In this document: positions 22,347 to 32,839 of the stretch, one piece after another
Layout of the letters: each line of letters starts with the position of its first letter
Numbering within the stretch: the stretch's first letter is position 1
The notes under the pieces: model-generated
What the model saw: only the letters and a program-made list of their open reading frames with translations
Databases searched by the model: none
What the model was told of the DNA's origin: nothing
Assembly (NCBI GenBank): GCA_964500605.1
Contig: CAZCOS010000004.1
Coordinates: 10,654-74,653, forward strand
Direction: 5' to 3'
DNA length: 64,000 bases
From: an uncultured Sterolibacterium sp.
Lineage (GTDB): Bacteria; Pseudomonadota; Gammaproteobacteria; Burkholderiales; Rhodocyclaceae
Position numbers and translations under genes: made by a program

Positions 22347-24731
22347 ATGGTGCGTCGTATAATGATCGGTCTTGTTTTCCGGGCTTTTATCTTGCACCCT
22401 GCTCTCCGCTGGTTTCTCTACTTCCTGATGCTGCTAGCCGGGCTGGCTCTGGCCGCTACCGCGCTGATGGGTACGATCATCGTATTGACTTACCCCCAGC
22501 TTCCTTCTCTTGAAGTGCTGACGGATTATCGACCCAAGGTTCCCCTTCGCGTTTATACCGCAGATGGGGTACTGATCGGCGAATTCGGTGAAGAACGGCG
22601 CAATGTCGCCTTGTTGAAAGATGTGCCCGATATTTTGAAGCAAGCCATTCTCGCTGCGGAAGATGAGCGTTTTTATCAACATGGCGGCATCGACACTCTG
22701 GGTGTCTTGCGTGCAGCTTATTCCAATTTTGTGGGTGGTGGAAAGCGTCAGGGGGCTTCCACCATCACCATGCAAGTCGCCCGGAACTTTTTTCTGAGCA
22801 GCGAAAAAACGCTTTCGCGCAAACTTTATGAAGCTCTGCTGGCCTTCAAGATTGAGCACAATCTTTCCAAGGATGACATTCTCCAGCTCTATATCAATCA
22901 GATTTATCTTGGACAGCGCGCTTACGGCTTCGCTTCCGCCTCACAAATCTATTTCGGCAAACCGCTCAAAGACATCAGTATTGCTGAGGCCGCCATGCTC
23001 GCGGGCCTTCCCAAAGCCCCCTCTTCCTACAACCCCGTGGCGAATCCAAAACGGGCCCGATTGCGCCAGATGTATGTTCTGCGACGCATGAACGAGCTGG
23101 GATGGATCAATGCGACCCAGCTAGCAGAGGCCCAGCAAGTCGTTTTGAACGTTAAGCGCGACAGCAACGATTTCGGAGTGCATGCCGACTATGTCGCTGA
23201 AATGGCGCGCCAAATTGCCGCCGAACAATTTCCTGCAGATATTTATTCACGCGGACTCAAAATCATCACCACCATCACCGCCTCAGACCAGGAGGCGGCC
23301 TATGCCAGCCTGCGCAAGGGCGTCATGGATTACGACCGTCGACACGGCTATCGCGGTGCGGAGGCTTATGTCGACATCGCCACTCTCGGCGATCAGGATG
23401 AACATCTGGAAGAGGCTTTGTCGGAGCACGAAGATGCCGGTAATCTGCTGGCCGCGCTTGTTCTGGATGCCAAACCTTCCGCCGTTCGGGCTTATCTGCG
23501 AGGAGGAGAAATCATCACACTCAATGCAGAAGCCCTGAAATTTGCTGCACGCATGATGGATGACAAAGCGCCCGTCAACAAACGCATTCGTCGTGGAGCG
23601 ATCATCCGGGTCAGCCGCGATGCCGCGAAACAGTGGCAAATCACCCAGCTTCCTGATGTCGAGGCCGCCTTTGTCGCCGCCAGCCCGATCGACGGTGCTG
23701 TTCGTGCGTTGGTCGGTGGCTTTGATTTCAACCGCAACAAATTCAATCACGTCACACAAGCCTGGCGTCAACCGGGCTCCAGTTTCAAACCTTTCATTTA
23801 CTCGGCCGCCCTTGAAAAAGGATACGCCCCAACCTCCATCGTCCCGGATGAGCCCCTTACCATTTCTTCATCCGAAACCGGGAGCCAGGCCTGGAGTCCC
23901 AGGAATTACGATGGTAAATACGAAGGTCCGATGTCCTTGCGCACTGCCTTGGCCAAGTCAAAAAACATGGTTTCGATCCGACTCCTGAAATCAATCGGAA
24001 CGCAATATGCACAAGACTACATCACCCGTTTTGGTTTTGATGCCGAAAAGCACCCGCCCTACCTGACCATGGCTCTGGGAGCCGGCTCGGTCACGCCCTG
24101 GCAGGAATTGACCGCCTATTCCGTCTTTGCCAATGGCGGCTACAGGATTACCCCCTTCATCATCCGGCAAATTCTTGACGACAAAAATAAAATTTTGGCG
24201 GAAACCCGGCCTGCCGTAGCCGGAGACGAAGAACTGAGGGTCATCGACGCTCGCAATGCCTTTCTGGTGGACAGCATGCTGCGCGATGTCGTACGCCGGG
24301 GAACGGCGACCAAAGCCCTTTCACTCAAACGCAGCGATCTTGCCGGGAAAACAGGCACCACCAATGATTATGTCGATGCCTGGTTCTGTGGCTATCAGCC
24401 CACGGTTGTCGGTATCGCCTGGATTGGCTTTGATCAACCCAAAAAACTGGGTAGCGGGGAAACCGGTGGTGCAGCAGCCCTGCCCATCTGGATCGGCTTC
24501 ATGCAAAAGGCACTGCAAGGTGTTTCGGAAAGCGATATGGAGGTGCCGGAAGGTCTTATCGCTATACGCCCTGCAGAAGGGTCGGGCAAGGGAGCCGACT
24601 ACATCTACTCGGAACATCTGCCCAATCCTGATGAACAGGAGAGTGACGATCTCCCGAACAACGAACCTCCCAATCTCTCCCCTCCCGACGAAGCGCCGGC
24701 CTCCGAATCCCTGTCAGGCAAAAAAAACTGA
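22347..24731 (+). CDS. mrcA: Penicillin-binding protein 1A
   Basis: AEDERF, GASTITMQVARN transglycosylase; PGSSFKP, SKN, KTGT transpeptidase motifs. Confidence 0.96.
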   Translation: MVRRIMIGLVFRAFILHPALRWFLYFLMLLAGLALAATALMGTIIVLTYPQLPSLEVLTDYRPKVPLRVYTADGVLIGEFGEERRNVALLKDVPDILKQAILAAEDERFYQHGGIDTLGVLRAAYSNFVGGGKRQGASTITMQVARNFFLSSEKTLSRKLYEALLAFKIEHNLSKDDILQLYINQIYLGQRAYGFASASQIYFGKPLKDISIAEAAMLAGLPKAPSSYNPVANPKRARLRQMYVLRRMNELGWINATQLAEAQQVVLNVKRDSNDFGVHADYVAEMARQIAAEQFPADIYSRGLKIITTITASDQEAAYASLRKGVMDYDRRHGYRGAEAYVDIATLGDQDEHLEEALSEHEDAGNLLAALVLDAKPSAVRAYLRGGEIITLNAEALKFAARMMDDKAPVNKRIRRGAIIRVSRDAAKQWQITQLPDVEAAFVAASPIDGAVRALVGGFDFNRNKFNHVTQAWRQPGSSFKPFIYSAALEKGYAPTSIVPDEPLTISSSETGSQAWSPRNYDGKYEGPMSLRTALAKSKNMVSIRLLKSIGTQYAQDYITRFGFDAEKHPPYLTMALGAGSVTPWQELTAYSVFANGGYRITPFIIRQILDDKNKILAETRPAVAGDEELRVIDARNAFLVDSMLRDVVRRGTATKALSLKRSDLAGKTGTTNDYVDAWFCGYQPTVVGIAWIGFDQPKKLGSGETGGAAALPIWIGFMQKALQGVSESDMEVPEGLIAIRPAEGSGKGADYIYSEHLPNPDEQESDDLPNNEPPNLSPPDEAPASESLSGKKN

Positions 24732-24748
24732 ATGGGACTTCAGTCGAT

Positions 24749-25078
24749 TTATCCAAGCGTGACCGACGTTCCGGATTGTTCACTCATGCAACGCGACAAT
24801 ACTGAAAGCAATTCCGCCCCATCACGCGTACCAAGCCATCGCCCGGGCCGCGCCGGATCAGGGCTGAAATGAAATCCGCCCGATCTGGCCGCCACCCAGA
24901 TTTCCTGTGCAGCGGTGTGCCGATTGATGACAATTTTTCCTCCTGTGCCCATGAATTCGATTTCCATGATTCCGCCTGACATCAGTTCATAATCGACATC
25001 CAGACCACACTGCTCCAAGGCCTGTTCGATACGGGCCATCATGGCATCCGCCAGCTTGTTAAATTCACGTTCTTCCAT
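24749..25078 (-). CDS. cyaY: Iron donor protein CyaY (frataxin)
   Basis: KIVINRHTAAQEIWVAARSGGFHF; start MEEREF. Confidence 0.93.
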   Translation of the reverse strand: MEEREFNKLADAMMARIEQALEQCGLDVDYELMSGGIMEIEFMGTGGKIVINRHTAAQEIWVAARSGGFHFSPDPARPGRWLGTRDGAELLSVLSRCMSEQSGTSVTLG

Positions 25079-25100
25079 TTCGATCGCCTTTATCTCATCC

Positions 25101-25391
25101 ATGCGACATTCACTCATCCGGACACGCGGCTTGTCCGCACTCTTCTGCAGGCTGACCTTGCTAACCACACTGACTGCATTGACTGCATTGACCAGTCTGA
25201 CCGCTTGTGGAACCAAAACGCCGCTCATACTGCCCTCCGGCCCGGCCACTCCGCCCTTGCTGGACACTCTCCGGACCACGGTTCAACCTCAAACGAACAA
25301 TCCGAACAATCCGGCCCCAGCCCAATCAATCACTCCGGTCGTCCCAAGCTCCCCCGAAGCCAAGGATGATAGCAGGACCAACGAACACTGA
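25101..25391 (+). CDS. lptM: LptM/LppL-like small lipoprotein
   Basis: LTAC-GTKTPLILP resembles the CGxKGPLYLP motif; between cyaY and lysA as is typical. Confidence 0.75.
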   Translation: MRHSLIRTRGLSALFCRLTLLTTLTALTALTSLTACGTKTPLILPSGPATPPLLDTLRTTVQPQTNNPNNPAPAQSITPVVPSSPEAKDDSRTNEH

Positions 25392-25395
25392 AATC

Positions 25396-26721
25396 ATGAA
25401 AACCATGCCCCTTGCCCACCTTTCTCATCTGTCTTATTCGTCCAAAGGCCTGAACATTGAATCCGTCGCGCTGAAAGACATTGCCGACCGTTTTGGAACG
25501 CCTTGCTATATCTATTCACGCTCCGCACTGGTCAACGCTTATGAAAGCTACCGCCAAGCCCTGCAACCTCACCGCGACACGCTGATCTGCTACGCCGTCA
25601 AAGCCAACTCCAGCCTGGCCATCCTCAACCTGTTCGCACAACTGGGAGCAGGTTTCGACATTGTCTCGGGCGGCGAACTCGAACGGGTACTGGCCGCAGG
25701 TGGCGATCCGGCCAAAATCGTCTTTTCCGGTGTAGGCAAAACTCGCTCGGAAATTGAACTAGCCCTGCGAAAAGGCATTCACTGCTTCAATGTCGAATCG
25801 GCCAGCGAATTGCTGCGCCTCAACGACATTGCAGGGCTGCTCAATCTCAAAGCCCCCGTTTCGTTGCGGGTCAATCCGGATGTTGACCCCAAAACACATC
25901 CCTACATCTCGACGGGGCTCAAGAACAACAAATTCGGCGTTCCTTTCGAGGAGGCCCTGCCGCTTTACCGTCAGGGTGCTGCCCTTCCCAATCTGAAATT
26001 GATCGGCATCGACTGTCACATCGGCTCACAACTACTCGATCCGGCCCCGGCGGCCGAGGCGGCTCGGAAAATCATCGAGCTGGTCGACCAACTCGCCACC
26101 GAAGGCATCGTGCTGCAACATATCGACCTGGGCGGCGGGATGGGCATCACCTACCACCACACCCCGACCAACCCTGTGAATGGCGAAAGTCGTGAAGGTA
26201 AAGAAGCTGCCGAAAAAGGCCCGACACCGACGGACTACTACAAGGACATTCTCGACCTGCTCAAAGGTCGCTCCGAAAAGCTCATCGTCGAACCAGGCCG
26301 CTCGCTGGTCGGCAATGCCGGCGTGCTGCTGACCCGTGTGGAAGTGCTCAAGCACGGGGCCTCGCACCACTTTGCCATCGTCGATGCGGCCATGAACGAC
26401 CTGATGCGCCCGGCCCTCTACGATGCCTGGCACGACATCCTGCCCGTCGTGCCGCGCAACGATACCGAGGCACATCGCTATGAGATCGTCGGCCCCGTCT
26501 GCGAAAGCGGCGATTTCCTCGGGCACGAACGGCAGCTTGCCCTGCGCGAAGGCGACCTGCTGGCCATCCTTTCAGCGGGAGCCTATGGCATGGCCATGAG
26601 CTCAAATTACAACACCCGCCCCCGCGCGGCCGAAGTCATGGTGGATGGCGATCAAATCCACCTCATCCGCAAGCGCGAAGAAATCGCACAACTTTACGCC
26701 AACGAAAATCTGCTGCCGTAA
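25396..26721 (+). CDS. lysA: Diaminopimelate decarboxylase
   Basis: YAVKANS, HIGSQL, EPGRS, GPVCESGD, GAYGMAMSSNYN. Confidence 0.97.
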   Translation: MKTMPLAHLSHLSYSSKGLNIESVALKDIADRFGTPCYIYSRSALVNAYESYRQALQPHRDTLICYAVKANSSLAILNLFAQLGAGFDIVSGGELERVLAAGGDPAKIVFSGVGKTRSEIELALRKGIHCFNVESASELLRLNDIAGLLNLKAPVSLRVNPDVDPKTHPYISTGLKNNKFGVPFEEALPLYRQGAALPNLKLIGIDCHIGSQLLDPAPAAEAARKIIELVDQLATEGIVLQHIDLGGGMGITYHHTPTNPVNGESREGKEAAEKGPTPTDYYKDILDLLKGRSEKLIVEPGRSLVGNAGVLLTRVEVLKHGASHHFAIVDAAMNDLMRPALYDAWHDILPVVPRNDTEAHRYEIVGPVCESGDFLGHERQLALREGDLLAILSAGAYGMAMSSNYNTRPRAAEVMVDGDQIHLIRKREEIAQLYANENLLP

Positions 26722-26785
26722 AACCGGAGCCGAAGCGTGGCCATCCAGGCCACGCCGACCATTCCTGCCATTCCGGCCACCCTTT

Positions 26786-27289
26786 TCAGTGCATTCCGTG
26801 CCCGGCATGGGCATGAGGCACAGCGGTGCTCGATGTGCCAGCCTTCCCGGTTCCGGCCCCGGTCAGATCACGCACCAAGGCCGTCACCGTCAGGCTCGAA
26901 CCACGTCCCGCCTTGTCCCTAAATTGCAGGCTAAGAGGCACACGCTCACCCGGCCGAAGCGGCTGACGCAAGCCGGTGAGCATGATGTGATAGCTTCCCG
27001 GACGTAGAACAACCGTCTTCCCAGCGGGCAAGGCCAGCTGATCCAGATTTCGCATCCGCATCACGCCGCCGTCCATGACCATTTCGTGCAGCGTCACCGC
27101 TTGCGCCAGAGGGCTAGCTGCACCCACCAGCGCGCTACCTTCAAAAGCCTGCAAGGTGACATAAGCCGCGGAAGCATTCTGCCCAGCCACAGTTTCCCTT
27201 ACCCAGGCTTCTGAAACCTGCACATCTCCTGCCCGTGCAGCGAAACTGCACATCAGCAAAAGACACGTCATCAAGAATTTCCCACCCAT
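26786..27289 (-). CDS. Periplasmic copper chaperone PCu(A)C
   Basis: Signal peptide, LHEM...MRM...PGSYHIML metal motif, His-rich tail. Confidence 0.88.
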   Translation of the reverse strand: MGGKFLMTCLLLMCSFAARAGDVQVSEAWVRETVAGQNASAAYVTLQAFEGSALVGAASPLAQAVTLHEMVMDGGVMRMRNLDQLALPAGKTVVLRPGSYHIMLTGLRQPLRPGERVPLSLQFRDKAGRGSSLTVTALVRDLTGAGTGKAGTSSTAVPHAHAGHGMH

Positions 27290-27410
27290 CCACCTCTCCC
27301 GCACGCACCGATCGACGCAACGACTGATCAGGCCGAAAACCCGCCAGACTGCTAGACTTCTGCCCTTTCCACATCCTCGAATCATAACGCCTTCGTCTGG
27401 CCCGAACCCG

Positions 27411-29777
27411 ATGAATAACGACACGCCCGACCTTTTTGACGCTCTGGACAAACCTGCACAAGGTACATCCCTTCCGCCCCCACCCACCGCACCCGAAACA
27501 ATAGAACCTCTCGGAGAAGACACAGCCCCACTCGATCTCTTTGCCGAACGCGCCTATCTGGCTTATGCCATGTCGGTCGTCCGAAGCCGCGCCCTGCCTC
27601 AGGTTGAAGACGGCCAGAAGCCCGTGCAACGGCGCATCCTCTACGCCATGCACGAAATGCGGCTCAATGCCACGGCCAAGCACGTCAAATCGGCCCGCGT
27701 CGTCGGGGATGTTCTGGGTAAGCTGCACCCACATGGCGATTTATCCGTATACGACGCCATGGTACGCATCGCCCAGGATTTCAGTCTCCGTTATCCACTG
27801 GCGGATGGTCAGGGTAACTTCGGTTCTCGCGACGGGGACGGTGCAGCGGCCATGCGCTACACCGAAATTCGCCTGACTCCCATTGCCGAGCTGTTGCTGG
27901 GTGAACTGGGACAAGGCACGGTCGATTTCCGTCCTAACTATGACGGCAGCTTTGAAGAACCCGTCCTTCTTCCCGCGCGCCTGCCCTTTACGCTCCTCAA
28001 CGGTGCTTCCGGCATCGCCGTCGGCATGGCCACGGAAATTCCACCACATAACCTCAACGAAATCGCCCGTGCCACCATTCACCTGATCCGCAACCCGCAG
28101 GCCAACACCGACGAGCTCATGCAACACATCCAGGGCCCGGATTTTCCAGGTGGTGGTCAGATCATCTCCAACCCACAAATCTTGCGCGACGCCTATGAAA
28201 CGGGGCGTGGCAGCCTGCGCCTGCGAGCTCGCTGGCAAGTCGAGGAAATGGCACGGGGCCAATGGCGCGTCATCGTCAATGAATTGCCACACAATGTTTC
28301 CGTCGCACAAGTCATGGCGGAAATCGAATTACTCACCAATCCCCAGCCCCGCGCCGGCAAGAAGGACATCTCGCAGGAGCAAAAAAACCTCAAAGCCGCC
28401 GTGCTGGCCATGCTTGATGTTGCACGGGACGAATCCAGCGAGGCCCAGGCCGTCCGACTCATCCTGGAACCCCGCTCTTCGCGCACTCCCGTTGCCGATT
28501 TCATGGCAGTGCTGCTCGCCAACACCTCGCTGGAAACCTCGGCCCAGATCAATCTGACCATGATGGGGCGCGATGGCAATCCCCAGCAGAAAAGTCTGCG
28601 CCAGGTCCTCGTCGAATGGGTGGATTTTCGTTACCTCACCGTCGAACGGCGAACCCGCTTCCGCCTCGACGAAGTCGATCGTCGCATCCACATCCTTCAG
28701 GGCCGGATGATCGTCTTTTTGCGAATCGACGAAGTCATCCGCGTCATCCGCGAATCGGACGAACCCAAGCAAGACCTCATCCGCACCTTCAACCTGACTG
28801 AAATTCAGGCCGAGGACATCCTCGAAATCCGTCTGCGCCAACTCGCCCGGCTCGAAGGTATCCGGATCGAAAAGGAATTGGGCGAGCTCTATCTCGAACG
28901 CAATACCTTGCAAAATCTGCTCGACAATCGAAACGCCATGACACGCACGATCATCAAGGAAATCGAAACCGATGCTGCCAAATACGGCGATGCCCGCCGC
29001 ACCTTGGTTCAGGCAGATGTCGCAACCAATGCCGGGCGTGGCGACCTGAAAACCAGCATTCCCGACGAAGCGGTCACCATCATCCTTTCCAAGGCCGGCT
29101 GGCTACGCGCTCGGCAGGGCCACGGGATCGACCAGGACAGCATCCACTACAAAACGGGCGACGAAGGCTTCGCCGTCATCGAAACGCGCACAACCTGGCC
29201 GCTCATCATTCTCGATACCCAGGGTCGCGCCTATACCATTCCGGTTTCCGCCATTCCCGGCGGCAAAGGCGACGGCGTCCCGCTGGCCACCTTGATCGAT
29301 CTTCAAGCCGGTGCAAAACGTGCACAAGCCCTTTCCGCCGCACCGGACACACAGTTCCTTTTTGCCAATACCGGAGGTTACGGCTTCATTGCCAGCGTGG
29401 CCGATCTGAGTAGCCGCATCAAGGCGGGCAAGGCGTTCATGAGCCTGGAAGAAAGCGAAACGCCGCTTACACCGATTCGCTTACCTTCCAGCGAAGCCAC
29501 ACACATCTGGGCCGCCAGCAGCAGCGGCCGTCTTTTGGCCTTTGAAAGCAGGGAAATGAAAGTCCTGGCCAAGGGGCGCGGAGTCATGCTGCAAAGCCAG
29601 GAAAACGGCCACAAGCTGGTGTCCTTCGGCTTTTGCAATGGTTCGAGCCTCACGCTGAACTGCCGGGAACGCAACAAAACAGCAGCACTCACGCTTTCCG
29701 GTGAAAACCTGGCCCGTCATCTAGGGCCTCGTGGCCGCAAGGGTGCGCTGCTTCCTGGCAAGAAACTGCCCGTCTGA
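27411..29777 (+). CDS. parC: DNA topoisomerase IV subunit A
   Basis: [39 protein letters not shown]. Confidence 0.95.
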   Translation: MNNDTPDLFDALDKPAQGTSLPPPPTAPETIEPLGEDTAPLDLFAERAYLAYAMSVVRSRALPQVEDGQKPVQRRILYAMHEMRLNATAKHVKSARVVGDVLGKLHPHGDLSVYDAMVRIAQDFSLRYPLADGQGNFGSRDGDGAAAMRYTEIRLTPIAELLLGELGQGTVDFRPNYDGSFEEPVLLPARLPFTLLNGASGIAVGMATEIPPHNLNEIARATIHLIRNPQANTDELMQHIQGPDFPGGGQIISNPQILRDAYETGRGSLRLRARWQVEEMARGQWRVIVNELPHNVSVAQVMAEIELLTNPQPRAGKKDISQEQKNLKAAVLAMLDVARDESSEAQAVRLILEPRSSRTPVADFMAVLLANTSLETSAQINLTMMGRDGNPQQKSLRQVLVEWVDFRYLTVERRTRFRLDEVDRRIHILQGRMIVFLRIDEVIRVIRESDEPKQDLIRTFNLTEIQAEDILEIRLRQLARLEGIRIEKELGELYLERNTLQNLLDNRNAMTRTIIKEIETDAAKYGDARRTLVQADVATNAGRGDLKTSIPDEAVTIILSKAGWLRARQGHGIDQDSIHYKTGDEGFAVIETRTTWPLIILDTQGRAYTIPVSAIPGGKGDGVPLATLIDLQAGAKRAQALSAAPDTQFLFANTGGYGFIASVADLSSRIKAGKAFMSLEESETPLTPIRLPSSEATHIWAASSSGRLLAFESREMKVLAKGRGVMLQSQENGHKLVSFGFCNGSSLTLNCRERNKTAALTLSGENLARHLGPRGRKGALLPGKKLPV

Positions 29778-29781
29778 AAAC

Positions 29782-30552
29782 TCAGTCCGCCCCGATCACG
29801 CCAGCCTGATTGACCGCCCGATTACCCTGCCCCGCAGTCACGGCGGTTGTGTCGCTGGTATTGGCGTCGATATGAGTATTTCCCTTGATCTGCACACCGC
29901 TGCCACTTGCGGAAGCCCCCTTGCGGCCGGACGTTCCTCGCCCACCTTCCGACATCGACGAAATCCTGGGGGCCGTATCCGCATTCGCCACATAGGCACG
30001 CTCGCCCTCCGAGACAATGTGACTACCGCTCTTGTTGTCGAGCGAAATTTCGCCATGCACGACAGCCACATGCAAACCGTTATCAATGGCCGCCGTATAC
30101 TCCGTTCCACGAATACCGATCGTCGCCGAAGGCGTCGTGACAGCATAGCTGCTGCGACGCAGCTTCCCGATCATGCCACTGATAGTACGAAAACCACCCT
30201 TGAGGAGACTGAAAAACCCAGTCTCACTCCCATCCGGCTTGCCATTCGGAGCAAGAACAAAGGAATACTCATCGATGCGAAAGTGCGTCTCAGGCCGCAG
30301 CGAAACCTGGGAGCCATCGGTGAAACGGATATCTGCGCGGCTCTCCTTTCCGGTAAATACCGTCTCTCCGGAATAAAGCAGCGCACCTTTTTGCAAGGCA
30401 CGAGAATGACCATCCGTAGAAATCGCACTCAACTGGCCCGCCATGCTGACAATCACACCCGCATGCCCCGCAGCCCAAGCTGTTTGCGCCACGAAGAAAA
30501 AGGCACAACAAAACAGGAAGAAATTACGTTTGAAAAAGGTCGTCGGGATCAT
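29782..30552 (-). CDS. Secreted FecR-domain protein with short beta-rich C-terminal module
   Basis: Signal peptide (TAWA), FTDGSQVSLRPET, TPSATIGIRGTEY FecR-like motifs. Confidence 0.8.
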   Translation of the reverse strand: MIPTTFFKRNFFLFCCAFFFVAQTAWAAGHAGVIVSMAGQLSAISTDGHSRALQKGALLYSGETVFTGKESRADIRFTDGSQVSLRPETHFRIDEYSFVLAPNGKPDGSETGFFSLLKGGFRTISGMIGKLRRSSYAVTTPSATIGIRGTEYTAAIDNGLHVAVVHGEISLDNKSGSHIVSEGERAYVANADTAPRISSMSEGGRGTSGRKGASASGSGVQIKGNTHIDANTSDTTAVTAGQGNRAVNQAGVIGAD

Positions 30553-30678
30553 GGCAGCGGTACGGCTTTCAAAATGACGGAAAGGACATTCCGGGGCGGG
30601 TCAGAATCAGATCAAAACCAAACTCCTGAATGATTGTAACGCCGCACTTGCGAGAAAAGATGACCCAAGAGCTGAAAT

Positions 30679-30706
30679 GACGACGGGGACCGAAGTCCCC
30701 GCCGGC
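30679..30706 (-). terminator. Hairpin at the 3' end of tmRNA
   Basis: CGGGGAC-TTCG-GTCCCCG hairpin (minus strand) followed by CATTT. Confidence 0.7.
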
Positions 30707-30962
30707 TTTTCTTGGGTGACAAGGCTCAAGCGGCCTCGGCATAGGCCTTAAGCGGCCAGTGCGAAACGCTCATCGTTGGCGTTTGTGGATTTGCGCGAAT
30801 TACGTTCGTCGCCTTTCGGGTTGCCTGCTCACCTTCGCCCGCCCTGTCGAAGCCAATACACCCCCACCGAAGAACACATTTGCATCCGATGCTCTTGGGT
30901 GGAGGTGAGGGGAGTCGAACCCCTGTCCAGAACGCCTCCAGATTGCCGGAATTACAACCATG
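30680..30962 (-). ncRNA. ssrA: Circularly permuted (two-piece) tmRNA; tag peptide ANDERFALAA
   Basis: On the minus strand the T-arm/acceptor 3' half (GGGGTTCGACTCCCC-TCACCTCCA, ending ~30900) comes BEFORE the 5' half GGGGGTG...TTCGAC (starting 30865). G3:U70 pair present. Tag ORF GCCAACGATGAGCGTTTCGCACTGGCCGCTTAA at 30780-30748. Confidence 0.93.
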
Positions 30963-30967
30963 CGATG

Positions 30968-30996
30968 ATTATGGGAGCGCGTTCCGGAAATTTCAA
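30968..30996 (-). promoter_or_regulatory. Sigma70 promoter of ssrA
   Basis: TTGAAA-17 nt-CATAAT on the minus strand, just upstream of the acceptor piece. Confidence 0.7.
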
Positions 30997-31078
30997 GAGG
31001 CCAGGGCAAGTTCTTTCACATCTCCAAGACGGTCACGGTATCATGCCCGACTTTTCAAGCGATCTTCCTGCCCTCAAC

Positions 31079-31318
31079 ATGTCCAATTCCACTTTTGTAC
31101 TCGCCACCCCAGACGAGAGTGCACACGTCGCCCTGTGCGATCTGCTCAAGCTGACCGGAATTGCTGATAGCGGGGGACAAGGAAAACAAATGGTGGCCGC
31201 CGGAGAAGTGAAGGTTGACGGGCAGATCGAGTTGCGAAAACGTGCCAAGATCCGGGCTGGGCAAATCGTCGAATGCTTCGGACAACGCATTACCATCCTG
31301 CCGGGCAAGGACGCGTAA
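31079..31318 (+). CDS. S4-domain RNA-binding protein (YbcJ-like)
   Basis: LCDLLKLTGIADSGGQGK...VDGQIELRKRAKI. Confidence 0.88.
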   Translation: MSNSTFVLATPDESAHVALCDLLKLTGIADSGGQGKQMVAAGEVKVDGQIELRKRAKIRAGQIVECFGQRITILPGKDA

Positions 31319-32236
31319 ATGGCCATTCAATGGTTTCCGGGGCACATGACCCAGGCACGTCGCAAAGCGGCTGAAACGATGGCACAGACGGACGTCGTGA
31401 TCGAGGTCGTCGATGCACGGATTCCGGAGGCAAGTTGCAATCCGATGATTCACGAATTGCGCCGCCATCGCCAGCGACCCTGCCTCAAGCTCCTCAATAA
31501 AGCTGATCTGGCCGACCCCGTCGCGACACGCGCGTGGCTGGATTTCTTCAATGCACAGGAAGGCGTCAAAGCCGTCGCCATTTCCTGCAAGAAACCGGGA
31601 GAAGCAACGCGCGTTCCCTCCTTGTGTCAGGCTCTGGCTCCGCATCGCGACGACAATCTCAAACCTTTGCGCATGATGATCATGGGCATCCCCAATGTCG
31701 GAAAATCCACCCTACTCAACGCGCTGACCAAACGTCGTGTGGCGGCCGTCGGCGATGAACCGGCGGTAACCAAATCCCAGCAACGCATCGAATTGAGTCC
31801 ACGGCAAGTCATCATCGACACGCCAGGCATGCTATGGCCAAAAATCGAGCATGAAACCGACGGACTGATGCTCGCTGCGAGTCATGCCGTGGGCCGAAAC
31901 GCCGTCATCGACGAAGACGTGGCGGAATTTCTCGCTGGCATTCTGCTCGAGCGTTATCCGCAAGCTATCGCCACGCGTTACCGCATGGAAACCCAGGGAA
32001 TGGACGCGGTCGACGTGGTCGAAGCCATCGCCCGGAAACGCGGCTGCGTCGTTCGTGGCCGGGCGGGTGAACTCGATCTTGAAAAAGCGGCAATGATTTT
32101 TCTAACGGACTACCGGGACGGCCTGCTGGGCCGGATCAGCCTAGAAACCCCGGAAAGTCGTCGTTTGATGCTGGAGACGGACGCCGTCCGAAGGCAGGAA
32201 CAAACCAGCGATCCCGAAATATCGGACGGAGATTGA
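31319..32236 (+). CDS. rbgA: Ribosome biogenesis GTPase RbgA/YlqF
   Basis: IQWFPGHM, NKADL before GIPNVGKST (circularly permuted GTPase), DTPGMLWP. Confidence 0.95.
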   Translation: MAIQWFPGHMTQARRKAAETMAQTDVVIEVVDARIPEASCNPMIHELRRHRQRPCLKLLNKADLADPVATRAWLDFFNAQEGVKAVAISCKKPGEATRVPSLCQALAPHRDDNLKPLRMMIMGIPNVGKSTLLNALTKRRVAAVGDEPAVTKSQQRIELSPRQVIIDTPGMLWPKIEHETDGLMLAASHAVGRNAVIDEDVAEFLAGILLERYPQAIATRYRMETQGMDAVDVVEAIARKRGCVVRGRAGELDLEKAAMIFLTDYRDGLLGRISLETPESRRLMLETDAVRRQEQTSDPEISDGD

Positions 32237-32242
32237 GCGAAT

Positions 32243-32518
32243 TTATCGGGCAGCGGCCACTTCTGCAGGCGTTTTTGCATCAATATTCATGGCATGAACA
32301 TCATCTCGCATCATCTCGCCCAAAGCAGCATAGACCATGCGATGACGTGCAACCGGCATTTTCCCTTCAAACTGCGCTGAAACGATACGCATGCTGAAGT
32401 GGCTGCCATCTTCACGAAAACCACCATGACCCAGGTGTTGATGGCTATCATCCTGAATGTCCAGTGATTGGGGTTCGAGCACAGCAAGGCGGCTGCGCAT
32501 GATGTCGATCTTGCTCAT
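32243..32518 (-). CDS. bolA: BolA family protein
   Basis: DDSHQHLGH, SHF, FEGK...RHRMVY, HAM. Confidence 0.9.
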   Translation of the reverse strand: MSKIDIMRSRLAVLEPQSLDIQDDSHQHLGHGGFREDGSHFSMRIVSAQFEGKMPVARHRMVYAALGEMMRDDVHAMNIDAKTPAEVAAAR

Positions 32519-32535
32519 GATGATGACTCCAGGAA

Positions 32536-32838
32536 TTATTTCGGGAAAACCTGTTTGAACGGGCGCACCCAGTAGCTCTTGAAAACCCCGGATTGCACAT
32601 AAGGATCCGCAGCGAGCCACGCCTGCGCCGAAGACTGAGAAGGGAATTCGGCAACGATCAGGCTGCCTGAAAAACCCGCCGGGCCCGGGTCAGCAGCATC
32701 AATCGCAGGCATGGGCCCCGCAAGCAACAGACGCCCCTGGTCGTAAAGGGCTTGCAGGCGCGCCAGATGTTCTGCACGAACCGACAGGCGTTTTTCCAGG
32801 CTTTGTTCAACATCTTCACCGTAAAGTGCGTAGAGCAT
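32536..32838 (-). CDS. yciI: YciI family protein
   Basis: [23 protein letters not shown]. Confidence 0.9.
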   Translation of the reverse strand: MLYALYGEDVEQSLEKRLSVRAEHLARLQALYDQGRLLLAGPMPAIDAADPGPAGFSGSLIVAEFPSQSSAQAWLAADPYVQSGVFKSYWVRPFKQVFPK

Positions 32839-32839
32839 T

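Noticed and set aside
30776-31078. N-terminal extension of the S4 ORF and other ORFs here
   Set aside because: They overlap the tmRNA gene and its promoter; the S4 homology begins near 31079.
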